The notes: generated from the letters alone by a model not told the origin. A DNA stretch of 64,000 bases from Amphiscolops sp. MND2022 (GCA_964187785.1 OZ076414.1:6324001-6388000); one strand, 5' to 3'; shown: positions 24,990 to 36,754, numbered from the stretch's first letter. Numbers and translations: made by a program.

Positions 24990-27400
24990 AAACCAAGTAG
25001 AAGGAGTTTATTATCATGATTATTTGAAAGAGTGGAGTAATGTAAACAAGAGGGGGTGTTTGGATGGTACATATTTATTTTAAACGTAGATTCAGTGGAG
25101 GAAGGAAAGGTGAATAGGCGGAGTCGGTTCTTGAGTGAGATTAACGAAGGGTTTGTGTTGGTTTTTTGAGTAATTGTTAGAATCAGAGTGAGATCGACTT
25201 CAATAGCGATCAAAATGTGGTTTGGAAGAAGAACGACATGGTGATTTATAGCGTCGAAAAGAGGAGTAATTACAACTTGAGGAGCGTTCACGAGAACGGG
25301 TAAGATTTATATGGGCTTCGAGAGTGAGAACCAGATTAATATCAAGATTCTCGAAAGAAATTGCGGTAGTGGTTAGTGGTTTTTAGTCGGCGCATTTTCC
25401 CTTAAGGAAAAAGCCCGACTATTACAGTGGCTAGTTTTTTTCTTCGTCAGACCACAGAGCTCATCGCGTATGTACCACTTTTTACAGAAACTGATAAGTT
25501 CACTCAGGCCAAGTTCCACCAATGCAAACTTACTGCAAAGGGTTTCCCTTTCGTTTTTTACCTTTTTTACGTAACCTACAAAACCGGAAGACTCCAAAGG
25601 GTCCCCACTTCCAATTTTTTTTGGCACTGTGCGTATTTTTTTTTGAAAAATTTTAATGTCTCAAAAGAGTCCCCCCTTCGGGTTTTTTGATATTTTGCAA
25701 CAGAAAGTATGTTAATGAATCCCAAAGGGTCCCCCTTTTCATTTTTCGGCACTATGCAACGTTTTCGAAGTTTTTTTTTGAAAAAAAATTTCAAAAAAAT
25801 ATTTTTCGGAAAAATTTTCAAAATTTTTGTTTCCATTCGGGAAAAGTAATTTTCCAGTCATATCGAGCATGCAAGGCACACTTTGGGTGTCTCGAAAGTG
25901 TTTTCAAAGCTTTTCATGAATACATCTTGGACATATTTAGAAAACTCTGCGCTTTTTGAGCCTTAGATATAGCGCCGACTTTAGACATTCCCGTCTTGTT
26001 AAATTGAGGTTTAAATGAGGTTTCCATGAGGGACGGAAAAGGAATTGGAGGAAGGGTTTGATGAGTTTGAGAAGTAGAGGGTTGGGTAGTAAGAGTATTT
26101 GGGGGAGGAGGAGTTTTGGAAGGAGGAGTTTTGGAAGGAGTGTTTTATTGGTGTGGTGAGAGTGAAGTTGAAGGTTGAGTAGTGATGAGAGTATTTATAG
26201 AAGGCGGAGGAGGGTGATCAAGGTTTGAAGGAGGATTAACAAAATTGTGGGTAGTTACTAAAACATTAGATGCAGAAAGAATGGTTTGGAGAGAGATATT
26301 AGAAGTAGAAGATACGGTTTGAAGAGAGATATCAGAGTCAGTGTCTAAAGAATTTATTTGAGGAATATGCTTTGCATATGGTCTGACAGGAGGAGGAAGC
26401 TCAAGATTTTTGTCAATACTATGATGATCAGAGGTAAGGTAGGTAAAATCAGTGACTTGGAAGTCACGGAGGTTTTTGAAAAAAGAATTTGATTTTCAGA
26501 AGTAACACTAAAAAGTAGGGATTCATCTTTAGAAAATTGGGAAGGGAAGTTAATGCAAGCGTCTTGGAATTTAGAATCCCAATTAAGTTTGAAGTTGTGT
26601 TTAAAGAGTTTGCGAAGAAACAGAGAGTAGATCGGGATTTGCTCTTTAGTGTGAGTGTTTAAAGTGAGGTTTTGAAACCAAATTGATATTGTAATGGTGC
26701 ATTTGAAGGATATCGGTGGTAAGTCAATGATGAGGTTATTTTTAATAGTGCGAAGCTGTTCAATATTAGGTCCAAAAAGGATTCTTTTTGGAGAAGTGCT
26801 TCGATAGCAGATGGAGTGAAAGCATGTTTAGGTAAAAGGTTGTTCTTTTCGGAAGGTTTTTGAGGAATGTGGTAAAAATATTAGCAATAGGATTATGAAA
26901 ATTGGTAAGGTATATGTTTTTACAGAAGCTATCAGTTGAACAAAGAGGAGAGGTGAAAGGGATAGAAAATTGATGTTCATCAGGAGTTTCCGATAGAGAA
27001 TGAGTCTCAAAATAATAAAGATATGAGTCGAGTTATGTGTAAGATTTTTGAGGAGTTTGGCTGAAACTTGGGTGGTTTCCCGTGAAATGTGAGAATGCGA
27101 CAAATTAATTGCAAAAAGGTGTGGAAGTAATGAAGGAGGGTGGTCAGTCATTATGAATGACGATGAGGACTGAAAACTCGGGAATTACGCTCTAACAGGA
27201 CTTCAGGATCCATACGAGGTTCAGGGGGAGGAGTATGAAAATAAAGATAAACTTTTTGACGGATGTGGTGATAATATGGTAGAAGATGGGAATTAAAATG
27301 TTTGGATGAAAAGAACAAGAACATAGCAATAGGTTTGAGTTGTGGAAAAGCTAGAAAAGTGTTTGGGTGTAAAAGAAAAAGAAACATAAATATATGAATG
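24990..27400 (-). pseudogene. gag: gag region of element A, interrupted by the insert at 25381-26000
   Basis: Lies upstream of the protease; Arg/Ser-rich C-terminal part (SRSPYKSYPFSRERS-like) and PEPRMDPEVLL N-terminal segment; many stops. Confidence 0.6.
25381..26000 (-). mobile_element. Non-autonomous Helentron/HINE (DINE-1-like) element
   Basis: Subterminal inverted repeats AGTCGGCGC (25385-25393) and GCGCCGACT (25972-25980). Stem-loop at 25385-25420 that uses one subTIR. T-run ends, insertion at TT with no TSD, internal AAGGGTCCCC repeats, no coding frame. Confidence 0.7.
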
Positions 27401-27851
27401 GAGAAAGGTTGAGAATCTGATGGAGGTGTGATTAAATAAGGTAGAGGTTAATGATAATACGATTAAGATTTGAAAAATGTAGGAGTTATAGGATGATGGA
27501 AATGAGGGAGAGTTGATGTAAATGTTGGGAATTTAGTTGAAAAGAGAGTGGTTGTTTTTTCAAAAAAAAGCTTGAGAAAAACAAGCTTTGCAAAAATGTA
27601 GGAAACAAAAAGAATTATAGTTGCAAGATTTTCAGTTAGCAACATTGATTATGAGGTGAGAAAGATTTATCAGGGTATGAAATCGATCATTCATTTGTCG
27701 ACGACGAGAAAAAAGGTATACAAGAAGACCAAAAAGATACAACAAAGTCATTGAAATACAAACTGAATCATTTAGAGAAAGCATGAAAATTATATAAAAA
27801 GTTATGAAATGGGTTGAACAAACGGAAATTTTGAACCAAAAGAGAGTTTTT

Positions 27852-28175
27852 GGTTAGTACAAAAAAGGGTGTACCGACTACAATGTCGAATCAAGGAGGT
27901 TATTACTTGAATTGTACCGACAGGAGTCGAACCAACTTGATTAGTACAGAAGATGTGGGCGCACCAGCACGAAGCTGAATCACTCGTGGTCATTAGTACA
28001 GAAAAGGTGAAAGCACCGACTACGAGGTCGAACCACTTTTGCAGAATGCTTAGTACAGAAAAAATATTTGTTTGTATCGACAAATAATCATATCAATTTT
28101 GTGTGATTAGTACCGAAGAATTGATATTTTATACCGACAATAAGTCGAATCATTTGTTTGTGATTAGTACAGAAA
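27852..28175 (-). repeat. Array of ~41-57-bp degenerate units, each with a TTAGTACAGA motif and a short hairpin
   Basis: TTAGTAC at 27854, 27941, 27993, 28050, 28107, 28164; (G/A)YACCGAC-N4-6-GTCGAA-type hairpins at 27871, 27914, 27961, 28013, 28074 (degenerate), 28131. Confidence 0.88.
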
Positions 28176-28249
28176 GAAATCGAAAAGGGAAGGAAAGAAG
28201 GAAGATGCACTGGTCACACCAGTTAAAATACTTGTTTCTTGTTGGAATG

Positions 28250-28960
28250 ATTTTTTTATCTCGGACTTTTTCAGAATCGGAATGCGACGTACTTTAAGAA
28301 GACTCCAACAGAGCTACGGTACTAGGTCTTTAGAAAGTGATGGCAACTTGATGGTGAAGACTTTTCAAGAGTTGTGAACTAGTATAAATCAGATAAGTGC
28401 TTTACAGTATAAGATATGATATTGAGTATAAGATAGATGCATCTAAATTCATGATACATAATTCAAATCTAGACATTCAATAATTGGGTGATGGGTGCTG
28501 TGATCGAACACAATGAGTGATGGGGGTGAATACAATGAGTGATGACTGAATACAAAGTATAGGTATATCAACTAATTGCCGTTTGTTTTGTTCAAGTTTA
28601 AATTGTTACAGAGGATCTTTTTCACCAGGTTTAGTAGAAAGAACACATAATTGATTTGTGTCAGGGTCTGAATCAAAAACATTTTGTGGGTTGTCTTCAT
28701 AGTGAAATTATGTAGCAATATTCGAAAGTGTAAAAACATGATTGGGTCAACGAACACAATTGGGATTCAAAATAAAAATTCGAAAAAAACTCTGGTATTG
28801 GTTGTTATTGTAAGCTTTGCAGACACTTGTAACAAGAGAACACGAATATTTATCATTGTCCGTAATGAGGTTTCCACCACATCTTTGACTAGATAGAGTG
28901 TTAGTTCTTTTAGTTCGTTCGTCTTCTAAAAAATGGGGAGGAATACATTTTCCGGTTTGC
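28250..28960 (-). pseudogene. env: Remnant of a third family member (element C): env fragment joined to 3' region
   Basis: 28570-28960 reads VDPI..TFEY..DNPQNVFDSDPDTNQ..KDP, homologous to env B at ~11090-11240. 28250-28570 is homologous at the DNA level to 7500-7770. Confidence 0.78.
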
Positions 28961-28999
28961 ACAATGATCCCTTTTTACAGGTGATGAAAAAATCACTTC

Positions 29000-30815
29000 T
29001 GATAGGGAAACAACTGTTACTTTAAGTTTTCATCTTTTCACATTTATTCTAGTCGTGGAAGTACATGTCTAGCATATCAATTTTCACTTTGATGTACACT
29101 TTGTCTACCATATTAACCATTAGAGATCCAAGATCTCCTTTGATTTATAACTCCTTCAGACAGTCAATACGCTCTTCATCACCACCAAAGTTATTTTGCC
29201 GGGCCCAATATCTAAACCTCTGTTAGCGTCTTCCTAAGTACTTCATCCTCTCAATCTCTGCCCTAAACATAATCTAACTGAAAAAATGAAACAAAGAACC
29301 TCGTACTTTAACTGGTGCGACCAATTCGTCTTCTCTTCTCTCCGTAACTTTTTTCTTCTCTACTGATCATGTGTTCCAACCTTCTGTCGGTAGAAGTCTT
29401 CTATCTACTTTCCAAAAATTTCGGTTCGATCATGCACTGTCGGTATTACATCTCCATTGCTTTCTCTACTAACCAAAAAGGTTGCCTCGATAACAAATAT
29501 CTGTACATATCTACTCTTCTGAATTGGAAGACGGTTGGATTCTGTTGGTAAATCTTTTTCCGCATTAACTCTATTGTGGTTCGGCATCTTGTTGGTACAT
29601 CCATTCTCCTGTATTAACCATGAAAGTGCTTCGACCTTGTAGTTGGTACATGCATCTTCTGTAAAGAATGAGAAAATGTTTTCTTTACTTCGAAGTTCTT
29701 TGTCGGTACATCGTATGTTTTCTCGATAAATACATCCTTCTAAAACTCTTCTTTGTATTGTAATGATAATTCTTTACACATAACATTTCTATGAACGTTC
29801 TCGTCATCGATAAAAATCTACTGGAAATAATCTGACAAACAATAGGCTATCAGTAGCCGAACATCAATGTTCCTCACTGAAAGAGTTCTAACCATAGTTT
29901 GTTTACTTCCTATATTTTCCTATTACAGTCTTTTTGATGCTTCCCCAATAGAGAAGGTGATTGATTCGTTTCCACTTTGAGTATTCCTTTTTCCGTTTTC
30001 ACAAATCCTTGTTTAGTATCGCTTTTTCAATCCCTTTTTCAAATCATTTCAGAATAAAATCTTTTCAAACGTCGTCACGAGAAGATTGAGAAAAGCTGCA
30101 TATGGAGTCTAAAATGGTTATTTAAACTAGATAGAGTAGGAACTGGATACTTACTAGTAGGAACTGAAGTTTACTAATTGAAATTGTTCGCGAAAGCCTA
30201 ACCGTTAGGCTTTCGCGAACAATTTCAATTAGTAAACTTCAGTTCCTACTAGTAAGTATCCAGTTCCTACTCTATCTAGTTTAAATAACCATTTTAGACC
30301 CTATATGCAGCTCTTCTCAATCTCCTCGAATCTCCTCTATACAAATCTTCCCTATCTATTACAAAACCCCACATACACATGTACATCTTCATATTGATAA
30401 TCAAACTCCATATAAAGTCAACAAACACCTTGTAAACATAGCTGCAACCCATTTGAGCCGAACCCAACCTTTAAATCTACATCATTCTTTCAATTCAGCC
30501 TCTTTTAAACTACCTCAAAACCCAGAGAAACTTTGGAAAGTGCTCTTCAATTGAGTTTCGTCTATTTAGTTTGTGATTCTCTGCTCATTTTTCAAGACAT
30601 GTTTTCTCAGACATCTTTCCACTGCTCAGTCCATTCATTTTTCTTTTCAAACGATGTTCTTTTCTCTTCATCTCAAACTCTCTCGGATAAAATACAATCT
30701 TTCACACCTTCAACGTACAGTGTCAATTTCATTTTCTTCAATTTTTTAAGTTTTTTCTTTAGTTTTTTAAAATCTGATGTGACTTTTTTCAACCCTGATG
30801 TCCTAGCCATCATCA
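29000..30815 (+). mobile_element. Inverted, heavily decayed relative (element D): LTR-like region and possible leader/gag
   Basis: Inverted copy of the hairpin array at ~29350-29715 followed by CTCGTCATCGATA at 29800-29812. The downstream coding identity is unclear. Confidence 0.6.
30078..30328. repeat. 251-bp palindrome (125-bp arms, 1-nt loop at 30203)
   Basis: 30107-30202 is the exact reverse complement of 30204-30299; the outer 29 bp pair with 4 mismatches. AGTAGGAACTG occurs twice per arm. Confidence 0.97.
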
Positions 30816-30941
30816 CTCAGTTCAAAATCTACTGAACTTTCTCTACAGTGAACGATGTTGTTACTTACTTCTAGTTGTTATCAAATTGGGGAAGTTTTTT
30901 GAGTTTTCTGAGCAATTTGGCTAAATTTGCTTACATGCGGT

Positions 30942-31624
30942 AGTAGTATAGGGGATTGCGGAGATGAGACCAGTTCAGAAAAAAGAATAAATAAAAAAAC
31001 AACGTTCGTTTCACTCACTCTCATTCGCTTCGCTCATTCGTGTTTTTTTATTTATTCTTTTTTCTGAACTGGTCTCATATCCGCAATCCCCGTAATTATT
31101 GTTTTTTTTGCTTGACATTGTTGATGTAATTGTTTTTTTGTTTGATATTGGTGATGTAATTGTTTTTTCACTCGATTATATTTCTATTTTTGAGTAAGTT
31201 TATGTTAATATTTTTAGCGCTGTAGACTTGAAACTAGAATGAAATCTCGAACAAAAACTCGAACAAAAACTCGAATAATATTCTAACTCGAACAAAATTC
31301 AGAATAATAATCTTGATTTCATTCTTCATTCTTTTATTGTATTTTAGCACGTGCGTTTTATTGCTCTCAGCGATGACTTTCAATTTTCTTACTCTAATTG
31401 GCCACTTGAGAAAAAGTTGAACACTTGAATGAGTTTAATTACACCACTTAATATGAAATTTGATACAAACTTTTTTCAGGGATAACTATGAGGAGTTGAA
31501 TGTTGTAGTTTTTGTAGATATGTTTGTCTTGATGAGAGGATTAAAACGAAATGTCGATGGTTAAAATCGGTTCTTTAGATGTGAAAATAACAAAGTGAAG
31601 AACAAATGTTTTTGAAAATGTTCT
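30942..31624 (+). repeat. Left terminal inverted repeat (~683 bp)
   Basis: Reverse complement of 46763-47446 with a few substitutions and indels; contains a 50-bp-stem hairpin and CTCGAACAAAA repeats. Confidence 0.96.
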
Positions 31625-31689
31625 ACCTCGAACAAAATTTTTTTGAAAGTGTTCTAACTTGAACAAAAACTCGAATAATATTTTGATAT

Positions 31690-32355
31690 TCATTCTTGAT
31701 ATCGTTCTTCATAATTTACAAACCTCAGAGTCCAATATAATCTTCGATCTTCTTCAATTAAAGCTTCTCGAATATCTCTTTCGATAGATTTTACAGCTGT
31801 ATTAATAATATGTTCATCTTTTCGTAATTCATCTGACAAATCAAATATCAATATTCCTTGCATTTTAACCACTTCAATATTCAATTCTTTATCATTTTGT
31901 AATCTTTCTGAAGCATTAAATAATGTTAAGGGGTCATTTTTTATTGAAGCTAAAACAATTTCTTTATCATCTTTTAATTCATCAGAAGCATATTGTAAAG
32001 CATATTCATTTATTTTAACTAAGTCCATCATTAAATTTCTATTGAAAATAACAAAATCACCAGGTTGTGTTGTTTCTAAGTATAAAATTTTATCATAAAA
32101 TTCAACAATATTTCCATTTAATGTGAAAGTAAAATTACTTCTTTCATAATCTTCTTCGATATTACCTTCAAAACTATTTAAGCACTTATCATTTTTATCA
32201 CAAGGTTTTACAAACTCAATAAGAGTTCTATTAATAGGGGAGGTAGCATTATTTTTCATCCATCCTTGTAAACATTTTTCTTCATACATATACCCATCAC
32301 TACACATAACTGGATGTCTAATTCCGATTTGATTGATTGGACAAAGTGGATTCTT
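31690..32355 (-). pseudogene. U-box plus DUF4116-like repeat protein (putative viral E3 ligase); start codon apparently ATG to AAG
   Basis: The in-frame N-terminus reads NPLCPINQIGIRHPVMCSDGYMYEEKCLQGWMKNNATSPINR, which fits the U-box pattern. The C-terminus has ALQYASDELKDDKEIVL-type repeats. Confidence 0.78.
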
Positions 32356-32390
32356 TTATTAGGTTTATTTTATTTGAATTGTTATTTGAA

Positions 32391-35300
32391 TTACACCACA
32401 TAATAAGGTAACATCTGATTCAATTCATTAGGAGGTTGTCTCTTGAGTTCATTTAAATTAGCTTCAAATTCTTTATATTGTTTCGTTTTGCTTTCACAAT
32501 CTTCACAAATATAATCATCACTACATTTGTTACAATATCTATCTCGAGTCGGAATTACAACTCCATCTGAAAATGGTTTCTTCCAAGAAAGCGGGAACTT
32601 ACTACTTACCGATTTACCTTCTTTCATCTCAAAATACTTCTTTGAGTCCAGTAATCGATTGACATCACTAAAACCTTTGAAAGTTTTATGTTCTTCAATA
32701 ACTCCAAATTCATTTATAGTTAAACAATATTTTATTTTTGGTGCTAAAAACAATCCAAAGAATATACCACCATCGCCATAATGGTTCTTAGCTTGAAGTA
32801 AATTACTTCCAACATATCCAACTGAATTCAAAATATTCCAATGTTTTTTCTCGATATACAAACTATCAGTATCTTGGTAAAACACGTTATTTGATTTAAA
32901 CCCATCAATAACCTCAACAAAATTATTCATAATTCTTTTACTGTTGCTCAGAATAAAAGCACCTAATTGTGATGGCATTGTGTTTTTGTTATCAATTTCC
33001 CCATCAACACCTTCATCAAGACTAAGTTGAACAATGTAATGACCATTCGGCAATCTCCAATAATCTTTAACCCTTTCATCATATTCTGTTTTCATCCAAT
33101 TTTCCGTCTTACAACAAAACTCATCTTCAATATCTCTACGAATAGTTTGACCGTAAATCGAATTCATGATTAACTTAACCATTTCTTGTAGAATGTCTTG
33201 ACCTTCAGATTTATGTTTTAACCTCAAATCAAATAGGTTTTTAATGAAGTCTCTAAACGGTGATACGTTTTAATTCTCTCTATAAATAACACCTTCATAA
33301 ACTTCTATAACTTTTCCACCGATTCTTACGATTTCTTGGATATCTACACTTGTTAGAACATCAATAATATATCCATTTCTCAATCTATTGATTTCTACTT
33401 TATTGACTTCTTCTTTAACTGGAATGTGTTGTAAAACAATATCGTTTGGGTTATAATATTTAATCTTCAGAATAGCTGACTTCGTAAATGTTTTCATGTT
33501 AAATTGATTAACAATTTCATTATTCATTTCGGGTGTGAAAGCAAATCCAGTCTCAATTTTAGGGTATGTAGAAGATTCATCATACATAGCACTCGGATAT
33601 AGACTAGTAGCATCAAAAGCCATTAACAGATCATCAAATTCTTTCTTCCACAAAAGAATTAGTTTCTTTGATATCTCCAACTCAGAAAACTTTTCATTTA
33701 TGTATTTATTTTTGTCTTGTTGTTTGACTTGTCTTTAATCTGAATAGTTTGATAAATATTCTGCTTCATATTTGTTTTTGAACTCTTTAATGTATTTGAC
33801 ATAAGCTTCAACTATTTCGTATTTGTTACCGTTAACATTTAAATCATTGAAATTGTAGTGAAAATTTTGTCAGAAATTTGTGATTCGTATAATTGATTGA
33901 ATGCTCCAACTTTACCACCTTTGATTGCTTGTCTTACAAAATGTCTCATATATTTATCAGTATAAGAGTAAATAGGTTCGTCATCTACACATCGAGATGA
34001 TATAAAGTGTTTCCATCCTAAAGAAGGTAGAGATAAACAATCTTTCATTCCAAATCCAGTGATAGAAGACATATTCATTGAATATCTTGCGTATATGAAT
34101 GCTAAAGACAAAATATCCATTCTCAAATAAGGCTCCCACTCACCCCTCTTTGATTCCCAAGTGTCTTCATATATCTCATTATGATTCATTTCTTGTTTCA
34201 TAAGTGAAGACTGTAGTTTATACGTCTCACCTAGCTTTCGGAGTGAAGACTTCATGTGATTCATACTACAAGTGAAAGTTAGATATTGCGGTTGACCTTT
34301 TGAGTTTGCTTTAACATTTACCATTCCATTGAAGATTTTCAAGCTTATAATTCCTTTACCATTTTTAATCATATTCATAATTTTACATCCTTCAGGTAAA
34401 TTGTTTAAGTTAATCCAAGTGTCAAATCCAGAACCATTGTGTGCAAGTAATTTCAAGTCATATTCAGCTATAAATTCTCTCCCATTTCTGTTTAATTTCT
34501 TCGGTTCACCTTTAAGAGCTCTTAATCTTTCAAACATTTCTGTTATACAATTCTCACCTTCGAAAAGTTTTACATCACTCACACATTTATCAATCTCATC
34601 TTGAGTTAAATCACGATTCCATTTGGAAGCTAACTTGGAAACTGGATAAAATCCAATAGCGTAGGGAACTGCTCTGTCTTTGTTATATGTTTCTATATCA
34701 TATACACATACATTGTTTAGTTGACTTTCTATTTTTTTGGTTTGAAATTATACTCTATATGTTTATTTACGTTAGTACTATTTACAGAATTGTTAACTTA
34801 TTCAAAATTGGCTTCGAGTTCTTCAACTGCTTTCTTAAGTGAGTCACCCAAATACAACAAAAGTGATTGTTGTGTAAATATAAACATTTTCTTCTTTCTT
34901 TAACACTTCTGGGCATAACTTCTTTTCCATTGAAATATCCAAGTTCAATTCCATACTTCTTAACAAAAGGTTGAATTCTTGCTAAAGTCACAACATTTTT
35001 TCTTCTATCACCTTCACTAATGAAGTCTAAATATTGTTGAGTATAATCGTTTCCGGTTAGATAGTTAATACATTTAACAAAACAATTATTTCCAGTTGGA
35101 ATATAGCAGTTGGTTCCGAAGTACTCTTCTATGTCGAACAGATGGTTGCTTCCTTTACCATAATTACTTCGCTTTATGGGTTTGAAATCAGGTTGAGGAA
35201 GTTGAAAAGCATAACCCTCAAAAACTACATCTTCTCCATCATATTTTTCATCACTTTTTCCAATGTAAGATTCGAAGTCATTAGTATTCTTGAAACGCAT

Positions 35301-35510
35301 GTTAGTTTTCTTTTTGTTTCCGTTTATTGTCATTTCACCAACGAGTTCAAATCCACGGTTTCCATTATTTAATTTATCTCGTATTTCAAAAACATTTAAT
35401 CCTTTAATGTTTGATCTATCGGCTTCAGCTAATTCAAAGAATCTACCGACATCAATTTCATCATCATCATGAGATTGCTTCTTTGAGTTTTGTTCCTTAG
35501 CTTGTCTCAT
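32391..35510 (-). pseudogene. polB: Protein-primed family B DNA polymerase (pPolB) with N-terminal extension, frameshifted
   Basis: Exo motifs YDIET (~34700), AHNGSGFD and YLRMDI; polymerase motifs AFDATSLYPSAM, KLIMNSIYG and YQDTDSLY. Confidence 0.96.
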
Positions 35511-35696
35511 TTATTAGGAAACAGTTACTTGAAATGATTTTCACTTTTTTAACAAAAAGAGTTTAACAATTTTTCATCCCTAAACAGATACACTTCATAA
35601 CCTTTTGAATCTGGATAATCGAAATTAAAGTTTGTGCTATTAACAAGTTCAACAAAACTATCACAAAGAGGCGTAGTAAAAATTACATATCCACCA

Positions 35697-36754
35697 CTAA
35701 CTACTTGAAATTGGTACATTTATTACATTTAAAACCCATTTTCCGTTTACGAATTTTATTTCTACTTTTTGCTCACTTTCAGTTCTTTGTTTTTTATATT
35801 CAGGAACATATTCATCTTCAGAGTCATCTTCGGTGGAATCATCTTCTGAAACATCACTATCATCAATAAAGTCTTCATCTGAGGTATGCACACTTTCATC
35901 TGTCGACATATCACTGTCTGAGTAAATTGTTTCACCATCTGAGAAATCAGTTTCAGTATCGGAGTGAAAGTCTGTAATTTATTATAGAAAAAAATTGAAT
36001 AGTGACATTAAGTTTTTCTCCTTTCATAGCAGTTAGAGCAGTAGCAATTAAATCATAATAGTTCATATTATCATAATAATTATCTCCAACCATCCATTTC
36101 ATCATTCTAATGGCATCATTCCCAGCTCTAGAAATTCCACTTGAATCTCGGTAGAACCCACCAGTTTTATAATCATCATCCATTTCAGTGAAGTTTTTTA
36201 AAACATGATCTATAACATTTAATTTTTTCTGTTTAAGATAAGTCAACGCTGTAGCAAGAAGATCAAGATTATATTCGTTTGGTAAAATATTTTCAACCTC
36301 CATACAAATGCTGATTATTTTTGGGTTTGCATATGTTAATCTGTTCGAGAAATTAGTTTGTTGTTTACGTTGAAGTTTAGTTAATTGCTGTTTTGTTTTC
36401 TCAGAAACGAAGTTACACGCAAGACATCTAAATTCAAAAGCATATTCTAAAAGTAGATTTCGATTACATCTTCCACACATTGATGCGTGGTTAAGAATAT
36501 AATTTTCTTCTTCATCAAGACCCACCTAGTCGACTGTGTCGGTTGTTTTTGTTTTTTTTAGAATCAACTAAAACAAGAGAACCATCATCAAATTCAACAA
36601 CAGTTTTATTTTTATCTATTTTTACATTATTAATAGCTTCATATCTTGTCTTTAGAGATTTGGGTGCAACTGTCTCTCTAAAGATTTTATTTTCATGAAT
36701 TTTGTATTTATCGTTTGTGCATTCGGTATAAAATTTATTGTTCAGGTACTTCAT
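35697..36754 (-). pseudogene. Unknown Polinton protein(s): CxxC..CxxC Zn-ribbon-like part followed by a highly acidic tract
   Basis: ORFs 36515-36754, 35953-36525 (CGRC..CLAC) and 35697-35909 (D/E/S-rich) overlap end to end, consistent with frameshifts. Confidence 0.55.

Larger units (their letters stand above)
18760..27710 (-). mobile_element. Related Ty3/Gypsy element A (gag, protease, RT, start of RNase H), truncated and fused to element B
   Basis: gag-like region ~25-27.4 kb, LLDSGA at ~24900-24918, YIDD/YIDN RT motif, RNase H ending LLFTRKGILTP at ~18760; LTR-end-like CTCGTCGTCGACA on the minus strand at 27697-27709. Confidence 0.88.

Noticed and set aside
27852-28175. Repeat-spacer-like array as a CRISPR
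   Set aside because: Units are degenerate, the conserved motifs are only ~10 bp, there are no cas genes, and the context is a eukaryotic retroelement.
30078-30328. Palindrome as a protelomerase target or replicated hairpin telomere
   Set aside because: No telomere resolvase gene is present and the flanks beyond 125 bp are not inverted copies.
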